This document shows positions 9,416-18,063 of a stretch of 43,233 nt of DNA, piece by piece. The notes beneath the pieces are model-generated. The model made no database searches. It was not told where the DNA came from and was given only the letters and a program-made list of their open reading frames with translations. Source of the stretch: Ruminococcaceae bacterium UBA737 (GTDB taxonomy: Bacteria > Bacillota > Clostridia > Oscillospirales > Acutalibacteraceae); assembly GCA_002297415.1 (NCBI GenBank), contig DBKZ01000057.1, forward strand, positions 33,351 through 76,583. Direction: 5' to 3'. A program made the position numbers and the translations under genes. The stretch's first letter is position 1, and each line of letters opens with the position of its first letter.

Positions 9416-10108
9416 ATGATACATCTGTCGGCTCTTAAAATAGCAGGAACCGTTCTCGGCATTGCAGTAGCTTTGATTTTTATTATTCTTATTCTCCCCG
9501 TAAGCGCGAGTATTACTTCTTCGGACGAAAAAAAAACCGAGTTTAAAATAAAAATTCTTTTTTTCACTGTATTTTCTTCTTTAAAATCGGAAAAAAAGAA
9601 AAAATCCGAGAATAAATCAGAGCCTGCAGAGGAAAAACAAGAAAGCACCGAAAAAAATCAGAATTCCGATAAATACAAAAGAATTAAGCATGTTTTAGGC
9701 ATTGACCGTTTCGATTCCTTTGAAAAGCTTTACAACAATGTTAAAAAAGGCGGAATTGACGGAACCTTTTCGAAAACCTTAGGCATAATTAAATTCGTAT
9801 TAAAACAGCTTAAAGATGTTTTAAATCATATTAAGCTTAAAAAGCTCAATATCACCTATATCAGCGGCGGCGACAGCGCTTCATCAGCCGCTTTCGGTTA
9901 CGGAATAGCATGCTCGGCGGTCTTCCCCGTTTCAGGCTATATTCAGGCTGTAACAAGCGGGAAGGACAATGTTTTATTAGATGTTAAATGCGATTTTGAC
10001 GCGGACAAGCCCCGATTCAATATTGAAGCAAAAGCAAGCATAAGGGTTTATTTCATGCTTAAAACCGCAATAAATCTTATAAAAAGATATTTAGAAGAAA
10101 GCAAATAA
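9416..10108 (+). CDS. YtfI-like (DUF2953-type) sporulation membrane protein. The assignment is tentative.
   Basis: 230 aa with an N-terminal hydrophobic segment followed by PV and a Lys/Glu-rich linker. It sits directly upstream of a ytfJ/gerW-family gene, as in the Bacillus ytfI-ytfJ pair. The ribosome-binding-site spacing is poor. Confidence 0.5.
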   Translation: MIHLSALKIAGTVLGIAVALIFIILILPVSASITSSDEKKTEFKIKILFFTVFSSLKSEKKKKSENKSEPAEEKQESTEKNQNSDKYKRIKHVLGIDRFDSFEKLYNNVKKGGIDGTFSKTLGIIKFVLKQLKDVLNHIKLKKLNITYISGGDSASSAAFGYGIACSAVFPVSGYIQAVTSGKDNVLLDVKCDFDADKPRFNIEAKASIRVYFMLKTAINLIKRYLEESK

Positions 10109-10129
10109 CTTTTAAAAGGAGGTTATGAA

Positions 10130-10513
10130 ATGGGAAAGCATTCTGAGTCAAGACCCATTGGAAATCTTATAGATGTTATGAATATTACAACCCAGAAGGT
10201 TTTAGAGCTGACTAACTCAAAATCCGTTTTCGGCGCTCCTTATTCGGCGGACGGAATAACGGTTATTCCCGTTTCAAAGCTTTCTGTCGGCTTTGCAGGA
10301 GGCGGAGCCGATATAAACGACGGCAAAAAGAAAAAAATCAATTCCCCCGCGGGAGCCGGAGCCAAGGTAGATATCGTCCCTGTAAATTATATTGTAATAA
10401 GCGAGGGAAAAGCAAGGCTTATTACTATAGAGCAGGCTTCTCAGAATTCAACCGCCGGAATTACAGAGGTTATAAAAAAGATAATTAAAACTGTTAAAAA
10501 TAAAAAGAAATGA
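10130..10513 (+). CDS. ytfJ: GerW/YtfJ family sporulation protein
   Basis: 127 aa with the motif FGAPYSADGITVIPVSKLSVGFAGGGAD typical of YtfJ/GerW. GGAGG lies 7 nt upstream of the ATG. Confidence 0.8.
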   Translation: MGKHSESRPIGNLIDVMNITTQKVLELTNSKSVFGAPYSADGITVIPVSKLSVGFAGGGADINDGKKKKINSPAGAGAKVDIVPVNYIVISEGKARLITIEQASQNSTAGITEVIKKIIKTVKNKKK

Positions 10514-10519
10514 TTATAA

Positions 10520-10548
10520 AAACGGAGCTTTTAAATAAAGCTCCGTTT
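10520..10548 (+). repeat. Direct repeat copy 1 of a 29-nt hairpin (AAACGGAGCTTTTAAATAAAGCTCCGTTT)
   Basis: Identical to 10782-10810, an offset of 262 nt. Stem AAACGGAGCTT/AAGCTCCGTTT. On the minus strand it is followed by TTTTTATAAT; on the plus strand only TTT follows. Confidence 0.9.
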
Positions 10549-10656
10549 GAGAGTGTCGACAAAGTCGCCACTCTCTTGGACGGGAATGCCGTTCGCTCGA
10601 AAATCAGAGATTTTCGGACTGCACTCTATCCCCGCCAATACCACCCCAGTATTCTT

Positions 10657-10684
10657 GAAAAACCGCTTGATTTAGCGGTTTTTC
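10657..10684. terminator. Terminator-like hairpin flanked by A/T runs on both sides (bidirectional)
   Basis: AAACCGCT (10660-10667) pairs with AGCGGTTT (10674-10681) around a 6-nt loop. An A-run precedes it and a T-run follows it. Confidence 0.45.
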
Positions 10685-10718
10685 GCTTATAAGGTGTTTT
10701 TCCGCCGCGCATGTCGCC

Positions 10719-10747
10719 GAAAAAACAAAATGCGGCGTAAACGCCGC
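10719..10747 (-). terminator. Rho-independent terminator, minus strand, probably serving pfkA
   Basis: A GC-only 6-bp stem, GCGGCG-TTTA-CGCCGC in the minus orientation (10747-10732), is followed by ATTTTGTTTTTTC. Confidence 0.55.
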
Positions 10748-10781
10748 GACACGACCTGATTTATAGTTTGTCTACAGTCTG

Positions 10782-10816
10782 AAACGGAGCTTTTAAATAA
10801 AGCTCCGTTTTTTATC
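10782..10816 (+). terminator. Direct repeat copy 2 of the 29-nt hairpin. It acts as a rho-independent terminator for the ytfI-ytfJ transcript.
   Basis: The same 29 nt as 10520-10548, here followed by TTTTTTATC on the plus strand. Confidence 0.7.
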
Positions 10817-10872
10817 TTAAGCAAAGCCGAAAATTTGACCCGTAAAATCGGGTTCGAACTTGTCGGCTTTGC

Positions 10873-11844
10873 TTAGATTGATGTTTCGCTTGCAATCCTC
10901 AAAAGCTCGGGATCAAGCGATTTTTTCATCTGCAGAGCCTCAAAGATATCATAATCGACAATATCTCCGCCCTTATAGCAAACAACCCTGTTTCCTATTC
11001 CCTTATTTAAAAGATGAACGGCGGCATTACCCATAATAGTAGCTCTGACACGGTCTCTAAGCGTCGGAGAACCGCCGCGCTGAACATGGCCGAGAACAGT
11101 AGCTCTGGTTTCAATGCCTGTCTTTTCTTCTATCTTCTTTGCAATCTCGAAAACTCCGCCGGTTTGCTTATCAACACCCTCGGCAACAACGATTATAAAG
11201 TGCTGTTTTCCGGTTTTTCTCGCATCTTCGATTTTTTCGATGGTTTTATTTACATCGGGAGTAACCTCAGGGATAAGAATATCCGTGGCTCCGACAGCAA
11301 TACCTGTATTTATTGCAATATATCCGGCATTTCTTCCCATAACCTCGATAACGCTGCAGCGGTCATGCGACTGAGCAGTATCGCGGATTTTATCAATCAT
11401 TTCAATGGCTGTATTCATAGCGGTATCATAACCGATAGTATAATCTGTAGAAGAAATATCGTTATCAATAGTCCCCGGAACGCCTACGCATAAAACTCCG
11501 CGCTCGGAAAGGTCTCTCGCACCTCTGTAGGAGCCGTCTCCTCCGATAACAACGATACCCTCGATACCGTGCTTCTTACATGTTTCAATAGCCGCCTGCA
11601 TGCCCTCTTCTGTTTTGAATTTGGGGCTTCTTGCGGTATAAAGAAGGGTTCCTCCTCTATGAATTATATCGGATACCGAACGGACATCCATATCGACAAT
11701 ATCGCCTTCGATAAGTCCGTTATATCCGCGCATAATTCCCTTTACATTCATTCCGAGAGAAACACCTGTACGGACAACGGCACGGATTGCCGCGTTCATT
11801 CCCGGGGCGTCTCCGCCGCTTGTTAAAACACCAATAGTTTTCAT
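10873..11844 (-). CDS. pfkA: ATP-dependent 6-phosphofructokinase
   Basis: 323 aa. Motifs MKTIGVLTSGGDAPGMNAAIRAVVR, IGGDGS and PGTIDND are present. Confidence 0.95.
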   Translation of the reverse strand: MKTIGVLTSGGDAPGMNAAIRAVVRTGVSLGMNVKGIMRGYNGLIEGDIVDMDVRSVSDIIHRGGTLLYTARSPKFKTEEGMQAAIETCKKHGIEGIVVIGGDGSYRGARDLSERGVLCVGVPGTIDNDISSTDYTIGYDTAMNTAIEMIDKIRDTAQSHDRCSVIEVMGRNAGYIAINTGIAVGATDILIPEVTPDVNKTIEKIEDARKTGKQHFIIVVAEGVDKQTGGVFEIAKKIEEKTGIETRATVLGHVQRGGSPTLRDRVRATIMGNAAVHLLNKGIGNRVVCYKGGDIVDYDIFEALQMKKSLDPELLRIASETSI

Positions 11845-11873
11845 AATATTATCATCTCCATATACATTTTGTT

Positions 11874-11902
11874 ATTATATACCATTTAAAAGCTTTTGGC
11901 AA
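11874..11902 (-). promoter_or_regulatory. SigA-type promoter for pfkA
   Basis: On the minus strand: TTGCCA (11902-11897), a 17-nt spacer, then TATAAT (11879-11874). Confidence 0.45.
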
Positions 11903-11918
11903 CAAAAAAATTAAAACT

Positions 11919-14900
11919 TCACACTTTTTTTACACATTCTTTGCCGAGAAGAAATTCAAGCTCCTTTATCGCCGCTTCGCTGCCGTCAAATTTTAGGCTT
12001 TCGGGGGCTTTGAGCTTTTTGCCGGTTTCGGTGCAGTAAATATAGACATCCTCATTTCCGCGGTTTTTCATTAGAATATCCTTTACCGCCTTCATTTCCT
12101 CGCAATCGGTATTTTTCACCTTAAGGTAAAGTCCCTTAAGGATATTTTTGCCTCCCGATGTAAAATTCATTGCACCGTCGGGCAGAGGGGAAACACCGTC
12201 TAATAATATTTCGGGGTCTCTGTCCTCTCTTTCGGAAATCTTTCCGCTTATTATTATAACCGAATTGTCCGATAAAAAGCTTTTATATTTATTATATACC
12301 GAGGAAAACGCGGTGACATCGGTTCTTCCGCTTTTATCCTCACAGACGGCGGTCATCATAATATTTCCGTTTTTAAGCTCTCTTACCTTTATACCGTCAA
12401 TAACCGCAACCGCTCTGATTCGCTGACCGTCGGGATATTTTCTAAGGTTTATATCGCCTAAGGAGACATAATTTCCTTTTTTGATAAAGCTCTTACAGCC
12501 GTCAAGCGGGTGACCCGAAAGATATAGCCCCGAAACCTCTTTTTCCATGGAAAGAAGCTTTAATTTATCAAGCTCCTCTACTTCTTCCAGCTCAGGCTCC
12601 GGCTTTTGCTCTTCGAAACCGAACAAATCAAGCTGATCCGTTCCCCTGTATCTTCTCTGCTCTTCGACAATTCCCAAAACCTTATCCGCATTATAAAGCA
12701 TTGTTCTGCGGTTTTTCTCAAGCCCGTCAAGCGCGCCGCTTTTAATAAGGCTTTCAAGCGCCCTGCGGTTGAATTCTCGTGAAGAATTTCTTAAAATCAA
12801 GTCGTACATGCTTTTGTACGGACCGTTTTCTTTTCTTTCTGAAATTATTTTATCAATAACCGCATTTCCCAAGTTTTTAACCGCGCAAAGCCCGAAACGA
12901 ATACCCTCATCGCAGGGCGTGAAGCTTTCAAGGCTTTCGTTTACACTTGGGGTCAGCACCTTAATGCCAAGTCTTTTGCATTCGCCCGTATACAAAGAAA
13001 TCTTTCCTGCGCTGTCAAGCACGCTTGTCAGAAGAGACGCAAAATATTCTTTTTTATAATGAACCTTAAGATAAGCGGTTCTGTAAGAAACAACGGCATA
13101 AGCCGCCGCGTGGGACTTATTAAAGGCATAGGAGCTGAAAGCCGACATTTCGTCGAATATCTTCTTTGCGGTTTCCTCGCTGACGCCTCTGTTTACCGCG
13201 CCCTCGCAAACGACATTGCCCGATTCGTCCTTTTCGCCGTAAATAAAAGCCTTCCTTTCCTTTTGCATAACCTCATGCTTTTTCTTTGCCATAGCCCGTC
13301 TTACAATATCCGCCCTGCCTAAGGAATAACCCGCAAGACTTCTGAATATCTGCATTACCTGCTCCTGATAAACTATACAGCCGTAGGTGACCTTTAAAAT
13401 CGGCTCTAAAAGCGGAGTATCGTATTTAACATCCTGCGGATTGTGGCGGTTATGGATATATCTCGGAATCGAATCCATAGGTCCGGGGCGGTAAAGCGAA
13501 ATAATAGCGATAAGATCCTCTATGCTTTCGGGCTTAAATTTTCTCAGCACATTTTTCATGCCCTCGGATTCAAACTGAAATACGCCGTCGGTCTGACCCT
13601 CGCCCATCATTTCAAGAGTCGCCTTATCGTTCATAGGAATAGCTTCAATATTAAAATCTGGCTTGAATTTGCGGATGAATTTTTCGGTATCGTCAATAAC
13701 GGTAAGGTTTCTGAGTCCCAAAAAATCCATTTTCAAAAGTCCCAATTCTTCAAGGGCTGTCATTGTATACTGCGTTACCACCGCGCCGTCATTCAAAGAA
13801 AGCGGAACATATTCGCTTACGGGCTTATCCGAAATAACAACGCCTGCCGCATGGGTCGAAGCATGCCTCGGCATACCCTCAAGCTTAATAGCCATATCAA
13901 TAAGCTCTTTTATCCGTTCGTCATTATCATAAAGCTCCTTTAATTCCCTTGAAGAGGAAAGCGCTTTATTTATAGTCATACCTATTGCCTGAGGAATAAG
14001 CTTTGCGGTTTTATCGCAAAGGGCATAAGGAATATCCATAACCCTGCCGACATCTCTTACCGCCGCTCTTGCCGCCATTGTTCCGAAGGTTACTATCTGC
14101 GCTACCCTGTCCGAGCCATACTTATTTATAACATAATCAATTACCTTTTGCCTTTTTACATAGCAAAAATCTATATCGAAATCTGGCATTGAGACTCTTT
14201 CGGGGTTTAAAAACCGCTCGAAAAGCAGGTCGTATCTTAACGGGTCTATACCCGTTATTCCTATACAGTAAGCCGCGAGACTTCCTGCTCCCGAGCCTCT
14301 TCCGGGGCCTACGGGGATATCATGGGTTTTTGCGAAATTTACAAAGTCCCAGACTATAAGATAATAGTCGGTATAACCCATTTTGTTTATTACGGAAAGC
14401 TCATAATTCAGCCTGTCCGTAACCTGTTTTTCGGGATTTTGCCCATAAATCCTGTACATTCCCTCAAAGCATTTTCTTTTAAAGAATTCGAAATGATCCT
14501 CGTCTCCGGTATCGAAATACGGAAGCTTAATTTTTCCGAATTCAAAGCTTACATTGCACATCTCGGCAATTTTCGCGGTATTCGAAATCGCCTCGGGAAC
14601 ATCTTTAAAAAGCTCCGCCATTTCTTCGGTCGATTTTAAATAGAATTCGTCCGTCTTAAATTCAAGAGGAAGCTTTTCGGTTATTTTCGTACCCGTTTGA
14701 ATACAGAGTAAAACCTTGTGCATAAGTCTGTCCTCTTTATTTATATAATGTGCGTCATTAGTAGCGATAAGCGGAATATCAAGCTGTTTTGAAAGCTTTA
14801 TTAAAAAAGGATTTATCCTTTTTTGCTCGGCAAGCCCATGGTCCTGCAGTTCTAAATAAAAGTTATCCTTTCCGAAAAGCTCCTTAAAATAAAGAGCAGA

Positions 14901-15377
14901 AGAAGCGGCGGCTTCCATATCGCCCTTTAAAAGCGCTTTCGGAATTTCCCCCGCTAAGCAGGCGGAGCTTGCAATAAGACCATCGTGATACTTTTCAAGT
15001 AGCTCTTTATCTATTCTCGGCTTATTATAAAAGCCCTCAGTGAAAGAAAGGGAAACCATTTTAATAAGATTCTGATAACCCGTATTGTTTTTACAAAGCA
15101 ATACAAGGTGGGTATACTCGCTGTCGGGACCTTTCAGCTTGTCCGTGCGCTTCCTCGGGGCGACATATACCTCACAGCCGATAATCGGCTTAATTCCTTT
15201 TTTTATTGCTTTTTTATAAAATTCAACCGCGCCGTACATAACGCCGTGGTCGGTAACTGCGACCGCCTTCTGACCGTTATTATACGCCTTATCGACAAGC
15301 TGTCCGATACGGCAGCAGCCGTCCAACAAGCTGTATTCCGAGTGAACATGAAGATGAACAAAATCCGTAGCGAACAC
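11919..15377 (-). CDS. dnaE: DNA polymerase III alpha subunit (DnaE type)
   Basis: 1152 aa with the N-terminal PHP motif FVHLHVHSEYSLLDG. The length and layout match DnaE. The start is GTG, and the only Shine-Dalgarno-like sequence (AAGAGG) abuts it, so the exact start is uncertain. Confidence 0.95.
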   Translation of the reverse strand: MFATDFVHLHVHSEYSLLDGCCRIGQLVDKAYNNGQKAVAVTDHGVMYGAVEFYKKAIKKGIKPIIGCEVYVAPRKRTDKLKGPDSEYTHLVLLCKNNTGYQNLIKMVSLSFTEGFYNKPRIDKELLEKYHDGLIASSACLAGEIPKALLKGDMEAAASSALYFKELFGKDNFYLELQDHGLAEQKRINPFLIKLSKQLDIPLIATNDAHYINKEDRLMHKVLLCIQTGTKITEKLPLEFKTDEFYLKSTEEMAELFKDVPEAISNTAKIAEMCNVSFEFGKIKLPYFDTGDEDHFEFFKRKCFEGMYRIYGQNPEKQVTDRLNYELSVINKMGYTDYYLIVWDFVNFAKTHDIPVGPGRGSGAGSLAAYCIGITGIDPLRYDLLFERFLNPERVSMPDFDIDFCYVKRQKVIDYVINKYGSDRVAQIVTFGTMAARAAVRDVGRVMDIPYALCDKTAKLIPQAIGMTINKALSSSRELKELYDNDERIKELIDMAIKLEGMPRHASTHAAGVVISDKPVSEYVPLSLNDGAVVTQYTMTALEELGLLKMDFLGLRNLTVIDDTEKFIRKFKPDFNIEAIPMNDKATLEMMGEGQTDGVFQFESEGMKNVLRKFKPESIEDLIAIISLYRPGPMDSIPRYIHNRHNPQDVKYDTPLLEPILKVTYGCIVYQEQVMQIFRSLAGYSLGRADIVRRAMAKKKHEVMQKERKAFIYGEKDESGNVVCEGAVNRGVSEETAKKIFDEMSAFSSYAFNKSHAAAYAVVSYRTAYLKVHYKKEYFASLLTSVLDSAGKISLYTGECKRLGIKVLTPSVNESLESFTPCDEGIRFGLCAVKNLGNAVIDKIISERKENGPYKSMYDLILRNSSREFNRRALESLIKSGALDGLEKNRRTMLYNADKVLGIVEEQRRYRGTDQLDLFGFEEQKPEPELEEVEELDKLKLLSMEKEVSGLYLSGHPLDGCKSFIKKGNYVSLGDINLRKYPDGQRIRAVAVIDGIKVRELKNGNIMMTAVCEDKSGRTDVTAFSSVYNKYKSFLSDNSVIIISGKISEREDRDPEILLDGVSPLPDGAMNFTSGGKNILKGLYLKVKNTDCEEMKAVKDILMKNRGNEDVYIYCTETGKKLKAPESLKFDGSEAAIKELEFLLGKECVKKV

Positions 15378-15383
15378 CTCTTT

Positions 15384-16277
15384 TTATTTTATTTTTTCTT
15401 CATAAATTTCAATTATTCTTTTAAGCCTATGGTTAAGCCCCGACACGGAGATATCCTCATTACTTAATTTGCAAAGCTCCTTTAAGGACGCTTCGGGAGC
15501 GGAAAGTCTTAAATTCGCGGCGCTTTGCAGCTTTAGAGGAAGACTTTCTAACATATCATGGCTTTTTAAATATTCAATGGCTCTTCTTTGCGCTATCGAC
15601 GCCTCAACGGTTTTTCCTATATTTGCGCTGTCGCAGTTTCTTGCCCTGTTGATATTGTTTTTAACGCTTTTAAGAATTGCCGTCTCGATAAGCTCAAGGC
15701 TTCTTGAAGAAGCACCCATTAAAGCAAGCAGATCGCCTATTGTTTCATTCCGTTTTATGTAAACCACAAAGCCCTTGCCCCGCGTTGAAATATTAGCGGA
15801 AATTCCGTGCTCAAAAAGAAGACCCTTAAGCTCCTCGGCAAGCGCCCTTTCCCTTACGGGGAAATCCACTCTATAACCCTTATCGGGGTCGCACAAATGA
15901 CCGCAGGCAAGAAAAGCGCCTCTTATAAAGCTTGCACAGCAACAGTCTCTCGCAAAGCTTTCCCTGTTTATTCTTCCCTCATATATTCCGAAATCCACCG
16001 AGGCTAAGACCTTGAGCCTGTCCGCCTCGTCGGGCACCTCGACCCTGTATGTAGTTCTTATTCCGCCGCCCTTATAAAGCGCGGTTTCTACCGAATAAGC
16101 TTCCTTTAAAAGCCTTGCATAAAAGACTGCGGTATTTTCGTTTTCAGTCTGCATGCAAATCTTTTTTATTGAAAAAGACCGGCTAAAGAGCAAAAATCCG
16201 TAAACCAGCGGTTGTTTGCAGCATTCAGACGGTCTTATATGCGAAAGCTCATTTTTTATGTCGGTATTAAACGACAT
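15384..16277 (-). CDS. whiA: DNA-binding protein WhiA
   Basis: 297 aa with the N-terminus MSFNTDIKNELS and a C-terminal helix-turn-helix region (SVSGLNHRLKRI). It lies directly downstream of rapZ. Confidence 0.9.
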   Translation of the reverse strand: MSFNTDIKNELSHIRPSECCKQPLVYGFLLFSRSFSIKKICMQTENENTAVFYARLLKEAYSVETALYKGGGIRTTYRVEVPDEADRLKVLASVDFGIYEGRINRESFARDCCCASFIRGAFLACGHLCDPDKGYRVDFPVRERALAEELKGLLFEHGISANISTRGKGFVVYIKRNETIGDLLALMGASSRSLELIETAILKSVKNNINRARNCDSANIGKTVEASIAQRRAIEYLKSHDMLESLPLKLQSAANLRLSAPEASLKELCKLSNEDISVSGLNHRLKRIIEIYEEKIK

Positions 16278-16279
16278 AA

Positions 16280-17143
16280 TTATGCCCCCTTATAGATATC
16301 TCTGTGCAAAGACGACGCAACATAGCCGTTTTCAATGAGGTGCTTATAAATAAGCTCCGCGAATGTTACCGACCTATGCTTACCGCCCGTACAGCCGAAG
16401 GATATTACAAGCTGGCTTTTGCCCTCTTTTGAATAAAGAGGAAGAGAATAATCTATAAAGTCCTTTATTTTTTCAAAAAGCTTTTGGCTTTCCTCAAAGC
16501 CCATTACATAATCCCTGACCTCTTTGTCAAGACCCGTCTTATTTTTAAGGCTTTCAATATAAAACGGATTAGGAAGACACCTTACATCAAGCACTATATC
16601 CGCGTCCTCGTCTATTCCGTACTTAAACCCGAAGGAACGGCACTGAATGTGCATTCCTTTTTTCGCGTCGTTTAAGAAAATTTCGGTGAGCTGTTTTTTA
16701 AGCTGAGCGATAGACAGATTTGTGGTATCAATAAGATAATCCGACTGAAATCTGAGCCTTTTAAGCATTTCGCGCTCTGCCTTTACGGCGTCCGAAACGG
16801 AATAATTATCCTTTTCGCAAAGCGGATGCTTTCTTCTGTTTTCCTTAAATCTTCTTACTAAAACCTTATCGTCGCAGTCCAAGAAAAGAATTTTATAATT
16901 CACATTATCCTTTTTAAGGGTATCGAGCACATTTCCGATTTCCGCAAACATATCGCCTGTTCTTATATCGGTTACGATTGCGATTTTTTCAAGCTCGTTA
17001 TTCCCTCTTGCGGAAAGATTTATAAAAGCGGGAATTATCGCAGGCGGAATATTATCGACGCAATAAAATCCCAAGTCCTCAAGAGTATTAGCCGCCTGAG
17101 TTTTTCCTGCTCCCGACATGCCTGTAACAATTAACAGATTCAT
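16280..17143 (-). CDS. rapZ: RNase adapter / nucleotide-binding protein RapZ (YvcJ)
   Basis: 287 aa with the N-terminal P-loop LIVTGMSGAGKT and the C-terminal motif CTGGKHRS. Confidence 0.92.
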   Translation of the reverse strand: MNLLIVTGMSGAGKTQAANTLEDLGFYCVDNIPPAIIPAFINLSARGNNELEKIAIVTDIRTGDMFAEIGNVLDTLKKDNVNYKILFLDCDDKVLVRRFKENRRKHPLCEKDNYSVSDAVKAEREMLKRLRFQSDYLIDTTNLSIAQLKKQLTEIFLNDAKKGMHIQCRSFGFKYGIDEDADIVLDVRCLPNPFYIESLKNKTGLDKEVRDYVMGFEESQKLFEKIKDFIDYSLPLYSKEGKSQLVISFGCTGGKHRSVTFAELIYKHLIENGYVASSLHRDIYKGA

Positions 17144-18061
17144 TTATCCTTCCTCTTTTCTTCCTATGAAAATAACCTCCGGTTCAAGCAAAACATTATC
17201 GTTTTTTAAAACCGTTTCTTTAATATCGCTGATAAGATTTTTAACATCCGTTGCGCTTGCACTGTCTTTATTTATTATAAAGCCCGCATGCTTTTCGCTG
17301 ACCTGTGCGCCGCCGCACATTTTGCCCTTAAAGCCGTTTTTTTCTATAAGCGCGCCTGCAAAATATCCCTCGGGTCTTTTAAATGTGCTTCCCGCACTCG
17401 GATATTCAAGCGGCTGTTTTTGCTTTCTTCTTTCCATAAATCCGTTCATTTTTTCTTTTGTTTCGGATTTATCTCCCTTTGAAAGCTCAAATTCCGCGCT
17501 TAATACAATTAAGCCCTTTTCTTTAAAAACGCTGGTTCTGTAGCCTAAAGCCATATCCTTCTTTAAAAGAGTTAAAGCATTTCCGTCTCGGTCTATGCAC
17601 ATACAGCTTTTTATCACATCGGAAATCTCGCCGCCGTAAGCCCCCGCGTTCATAACCGCCGCTCCGCCTACGCTCCCCGGAATTCCGAAAGCAAATTCAA
17701 GCCCAGAAAGCGAATTTTCAAGAGCAAAATTGCAAAGCCTTATAAGCGATACTCCGCATTCGCAATAAATTACATTTTCGCTTTTAAGCTCTGTTTTATT
17801 AAGCTTTGAGGTGTCTATAACAGCCCCTTCAATTCCGAAATCCGAAACAAGGAGGTTTGAACCCTTGCCGATTATGAAAAAAGGAACATTAAACTCTTTG
17901 CAAAGCTTAATAACCTTGACAAGCTCATCTGAACAGGACGGATAAATATAAAAATCCGCCGCTCCGCCGATTTTAAAGCTTGTATGAGCGCTCATCATTT
18001 CGTTTTTCTTAAACTCTGCTCCTGTTTTTTCAAGCTCTCTTATAAACTCATAATTTTCCAT
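17144..18061 (-). CDS. murB: UDP-N-acetylenolpyruvoylglucosamine reductase
   Basis: 305 aa. FAD-binding domain motifs are present (FKIGGAADFYIYP, GKGSNLLV), along with the C-terminal GSTFKRP and AGFIIN. Confidence 0.92.
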   Translation of the reverse strand: MENYEFIRELEKTGAEFKKNEMMSAHTSFKIGGAADFYIYPSCSDELVKVIKLCKEFNVPFFIIGKGSNLLVSDFGIEGAVIDTSKLNKTELKSENVIYCECGVSLIRLCNFALENSLSGLEFAFGIPGSVGGAAVMNAGAYGGEISDVIKSCMCIDRDGNALTLLKKDMALGYRTSVFKEKGLIVLSAEFELSKGDKSETKEKMNGFMERRKQKQPLEYPSAGSTFKRPEGYFAGALIEKNGFKGKMCGGAQVSEKHAGFIINKDSASATDVKNLISDIKETVLKNDNVLLEPEVIFIGRKEEG

Positions 18062-18063
18062 AA

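Noticed and set aside
9521-9612. Long homopolymers inside the ytfI-like gene (an A9 tract at 9528-9536, plus further A/T runs) as possible phase-variation sites.
   Set aside because: The reading frame is intact. The runs encode a Lys/Glu/Phe-rich linker that is natural for this protein class, and there is no evidence of slippage.
10510-10692. A 60-aa ORF overlapping the ytfJ stop codon (ATGA).
   Set aside because: It reads straight through four strong stem-loops, including a terminator hairpin. It has no ribosome-binding site of its own and an unremarkable composition. It is better explained as non-coding structured DNA/RNA.
10549-10781. A known small-RNA class (SRP RNA, 6S RNA, tmRNA, RNase P RNA, or a TPP, SAM, fluoride or guanidine riboswitch) within the GC-rich insert.
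   Set aside because: None of the conserved core motifs of these families that I could recall is present on either strand. The region remains unassigned rather than identified.
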